45,355 nt of DNA. Origin: Rikenellaceae bacterium. Its GTDB lineage: Bacteria; Bacteroidota; Bacteroidia; Bacteroidales; Rikenellaceae. The notes below the pieces were generated by a model that did no database searches, had not been told where the DNA came from, and worked only from the letters and a program-made list of their open reading frames with translations. This document shows positions 43,676 to 45,355 of this stretch, one piece after another. Positions within the stretch are counted from its first letter, which is position 1, and each line of letters begins with the position of its first letter. The DNA lies in the NCBI GenBank assembly GCA_036653215.1, contig JAVVUK010000004.1, positions 1 through 45,355 on the forward strand, read 5' to 3'. The position numbers and the translations under genes are program-made.

Positions 43676-44464
43676 TTATCTATTTATCGTATTAAAGATC
43701 GCTTGCAGCTGCTCTCCACTTTGTGAGGCAGAGCTGCTGATGAAAGTGGTGGTGCCGTCGTCTAAGCGGTCGGTCGTTAGGTCATTATCTTGTAAAACAG
43801 ACCTCACCCTTTTAGCGACAGGCTCGGCAGTATCTATAACTTTTATATCGTCTTTCCCTTTGTCTTTTAGTATGGAAAAGATGGTGCTTTTTAAAAAAGG
43901 GTAATGTGTGCACCCTAAAACAATATGGTCACATCCCAACTCTACCATGGGGCTTATGTAACTCTCTAAAAGCTCCTTTGCTTGTGGAGAAGTTGTCTTT
44001 CCACCCTCTACTATGTCGACTAAGGAATGTCCTATTTGCTTAATCACCTTAACGTCTTTACCATACATCAAGGCAAGACGATCTATCTGTCCGCTTTCGA
44101 TGGTAGAACGTGTGGCGAGGACTCCTATTATTCCACTTTTCGTGTTTTCAACAGCAGGTTTTACGGCAGGTTCGGTAGCGATTATGGGTATCGAAAATTC
44201 GTGTCGTAATACAGCAGACGAGGTTGTGGAAGCGGTGTTGCAGGCAATGACAATAACCTTAACTCCTTTTTCGATTAGTAACCTTATCGCCTTGCGTGAG
44301 AGCTCTATTATCTCCTCACGGCTCCTCTCCCCATAAGGGCAGGAGGCTGTGTCTGCAAAATATATTATATCCTCATGCTTCATGAGGGTTCTTATTTTTT
44401 TAAGTATCGTAAGTCCCCCTATTCCAGAGTCGAAAACTCCTATGGGACTGTTTTTGTCAGCCAT
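43676..44464 (-). CDS. murI: glutamate racemase
   Basis: 262 aa. VFDSGIGGLT, and the catalytic Cys contexts IACNTAS and LGCTHYP. Confidence 0.95.
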   Translation of the reverse strand: MADKNSPIGVFDSGIGGLTILKKIRTLMKHEDIIYFADTASCPYGERSREEIIELSRKAIRLLIEKGVKVIVIACNTASTTSSAVLRHEFSIPIIATEPAVKPAVENTKSGIIGVLATRSTIESGQIDRLALMYGKDVKVIKQIGHSLVDIVEGGKTTSPQAKELLESYISPMVELGCDHIVLGCTHYPFLKSTIFSILKDKGKDDIKVIDTAEPVAKRVRSVLQDNDLTTDRLDDGTTTFISSSASQSGEQLQAIFNTINR

Positions 44465-44489
44465 CTATAAACATTCTTTCACTCTTTTG

Positions 44490-44497
44490 CAAAGATA
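44490..44497 (-). promoter_or_regulatory. putative -7 box (TATCTTTG on minus strand) for murI-ftsK string
   Basis: TAnnTTTG match about 26 nt upstream of the start at 44464. Confidence 0.45.
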
Positions 44498-44508
44498 GAA
44501 AAAATATG

Positions 44509-44516
44509 TATCTTTG
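44509..44516 (+). promoter_or_regulatory. putative -7 box (TATCTTTG) for purL
   Basis: TAnnTTTG match about 32 nt upstream of the ATG at 44548. Confidence 0.45.
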
Positions 44517-44547
44517 CGAAAATGTTTTAAATAAAAAATAAATACGG

Positions 44548-45355
44548 ATGATACTATTATTTAAAAACGAAAGTGTCGTATATGCAACGCAAGTACGTTC
44601 AACACTCTCTTCCGAAGATGTTGACAAACTAAAATGGCTCTATGGCAATGCCGAAATTATTAATGCTGAAAGTGTTAAAGGGTTTTTCATAGGACCACGA
44701 CGAGAGATGATCACACCATGGAGTACAAATGCCGTTGAGATAACGCAAAATATGGGTATATCTGGTATTGAGCGTATTGAGGAGTTTATCCCTGTCCCTA
44801 CAAAGGCAGTGGAGTACGACAAGATGCTATATCGCTTTTATGACGGTATCGGTCAAGATGTATACAACATCACCGCTAAGGTAGAACCTATAATATATAT
44901 AGAAGATATTCGTGCTTACAACAAAGAGCAAGGTTTAGCTCTTAATGAGCAAGAGGTGATTTATCTTGAAGGAATAGCTAAAAAAGTAGGTCGTCGTCTT
45001 ACAGACTCTGAGGTGTTTGGCTTTTCTCAAGTAAACTCGGAGCATTGTCGTCACAAAATATTTAACGGTAAATTTATTATAGACGGAGTAGAAAAAGAAA
45101 CCTCTCTTTTCGGTCTTATAAAAAATACAACTAAGGCAAATCATAACGGAGTCGTTTCGGCATATAAAGACAATTGCGCTTTCCTTAAGGGTCCTGTGGT
45201 AGAGCAATTTGCTCCTGCATCGCACGACAAACCCGACTTCTTTAAAGTTACCGATTTCGAATCTGTAATATCTATAAAAGCGGAAACACATAACTTCCCA
45301 ACTACCGTAGAGCCTTTTAATGGGGCTGCAACAGGTGCTGGTGGTGAGATACGTG
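44548..45355 (+). CDS. purL: phosphoribosylformylglycinamidine synthase (large single-chain PurL), 5' partial, runs off the window
   Basis: My own translation from ATG 44548, which is preceded by an in-frame TAA. It gives MILLFKNESVVY...FGFSQVNSEHCRHKIFNG...ETHNFPTTVEPFNGAATGAGGEIR. It is absent from the ORF track because no stop codon lies in the window. Confidence 0.9.
   Translation, partial: MILLFKNESVVYATQVRSTLSSEDVDKLKWLYGNAEIINAESVKGFFIGPRREMITPWSTNAVEITQNMGISGIERIEEFIPVPTKAVEYDKMLYRFYDGIGQDVYNITAKVEPIIYIEDIRAYNKEQGLALNEQEVIYLEGIAKKVGRRLTDSEVFGFSQVNSEHCRHKIFNGKFIIDGVEKETSLFGLIKNTTKANHNGVVSAYKDNCAFLKGPVVEQFAPASHDKPDFFKVTDFESVISIKAETHNFPTTVEPFNGAATGAGGEIR

Noticed and set aside
44640-45291. 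Two minus-strand ORFs from the track (60 aa and 118 aa)
   Set aside because: Both are antisense to the unambiguous purL reading frame (44548 onward), which the track omits only because it has no stop codon in the window.
1-45355. Mobile elements, prophage, defence islands, tRNA/rRNA genes and riboswitches
   Set aside because: I saw no transposase, integrase, restriction-modification or toxin-antitoxin-like ORFs. I saw no tRNA-like T-arm or acceptor patterns. Apart from the region upstream of the Hdr-like operon, no leader is long enough for a riboswitch, and I recognise no riboswitch there. This is a by-eye assessment only.

Overview
AT-rich chromosomal segment that reads like a Bacteroidota (Bacteroidales-type) core-genome region. 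Support for this: recurrent TAnnTTTG -7 promoter boxes 20-35 nt upstream of start codons, no obvious Shine-Dalgarno sequences, and phylum-typical genes (DUF4954, DUF2723, patatin-Omp85 fusion). I call 38 intact, densely packed CDSs. They include one partial gene at the right edge (purL, 44548 to the window end) that is missing from the supplied ORF track because it has no stop codon. Most genes are housekeeping: SUI1, pepC, queG, ribE, lnt, rnhB, recQ-family helicase, bioA, PPIase, pheS, envC-like, radA, sppA, mrp, waaA, pepP, ftsK, murI, purL. I found no rRNA, tRNA, CRISPR array, transposase, integrase, phage or recognisable defence genes. The best candidate for an undescribed system is a tightly coupled five-gene operon (19111-23991). 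It encodes HdrC-, HdrB- and short HdrA-like proteins, a small 2x[4Fe-4S] ferredoxin, and a fusion of a NarI/DsrM-type membrane cytochrome b with an HdrD/DsrK-type CCG protein. None of the partner or substrate-carrier genes known from methanogens, sulfate reducers or sulfur oxidisers lies in this window. Other points worth a second look: (1) a 129-bp tandem repeat built from a long imperfect hairpin in the pepC 3' region; (2) a secreted GH2 (LacZ-like) protein whose catalytic residues appear to be lost; (3) an Mrp/NBP35 ATPase without the CXXC cluster ligands; (4) a queG-CDGSH gene pair; (5) a DUF4954-recQ-rnhB operon. All family assignments come from motif recognition by eye and from memory. 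No database search or computation was run, and start codons are judged from context only.
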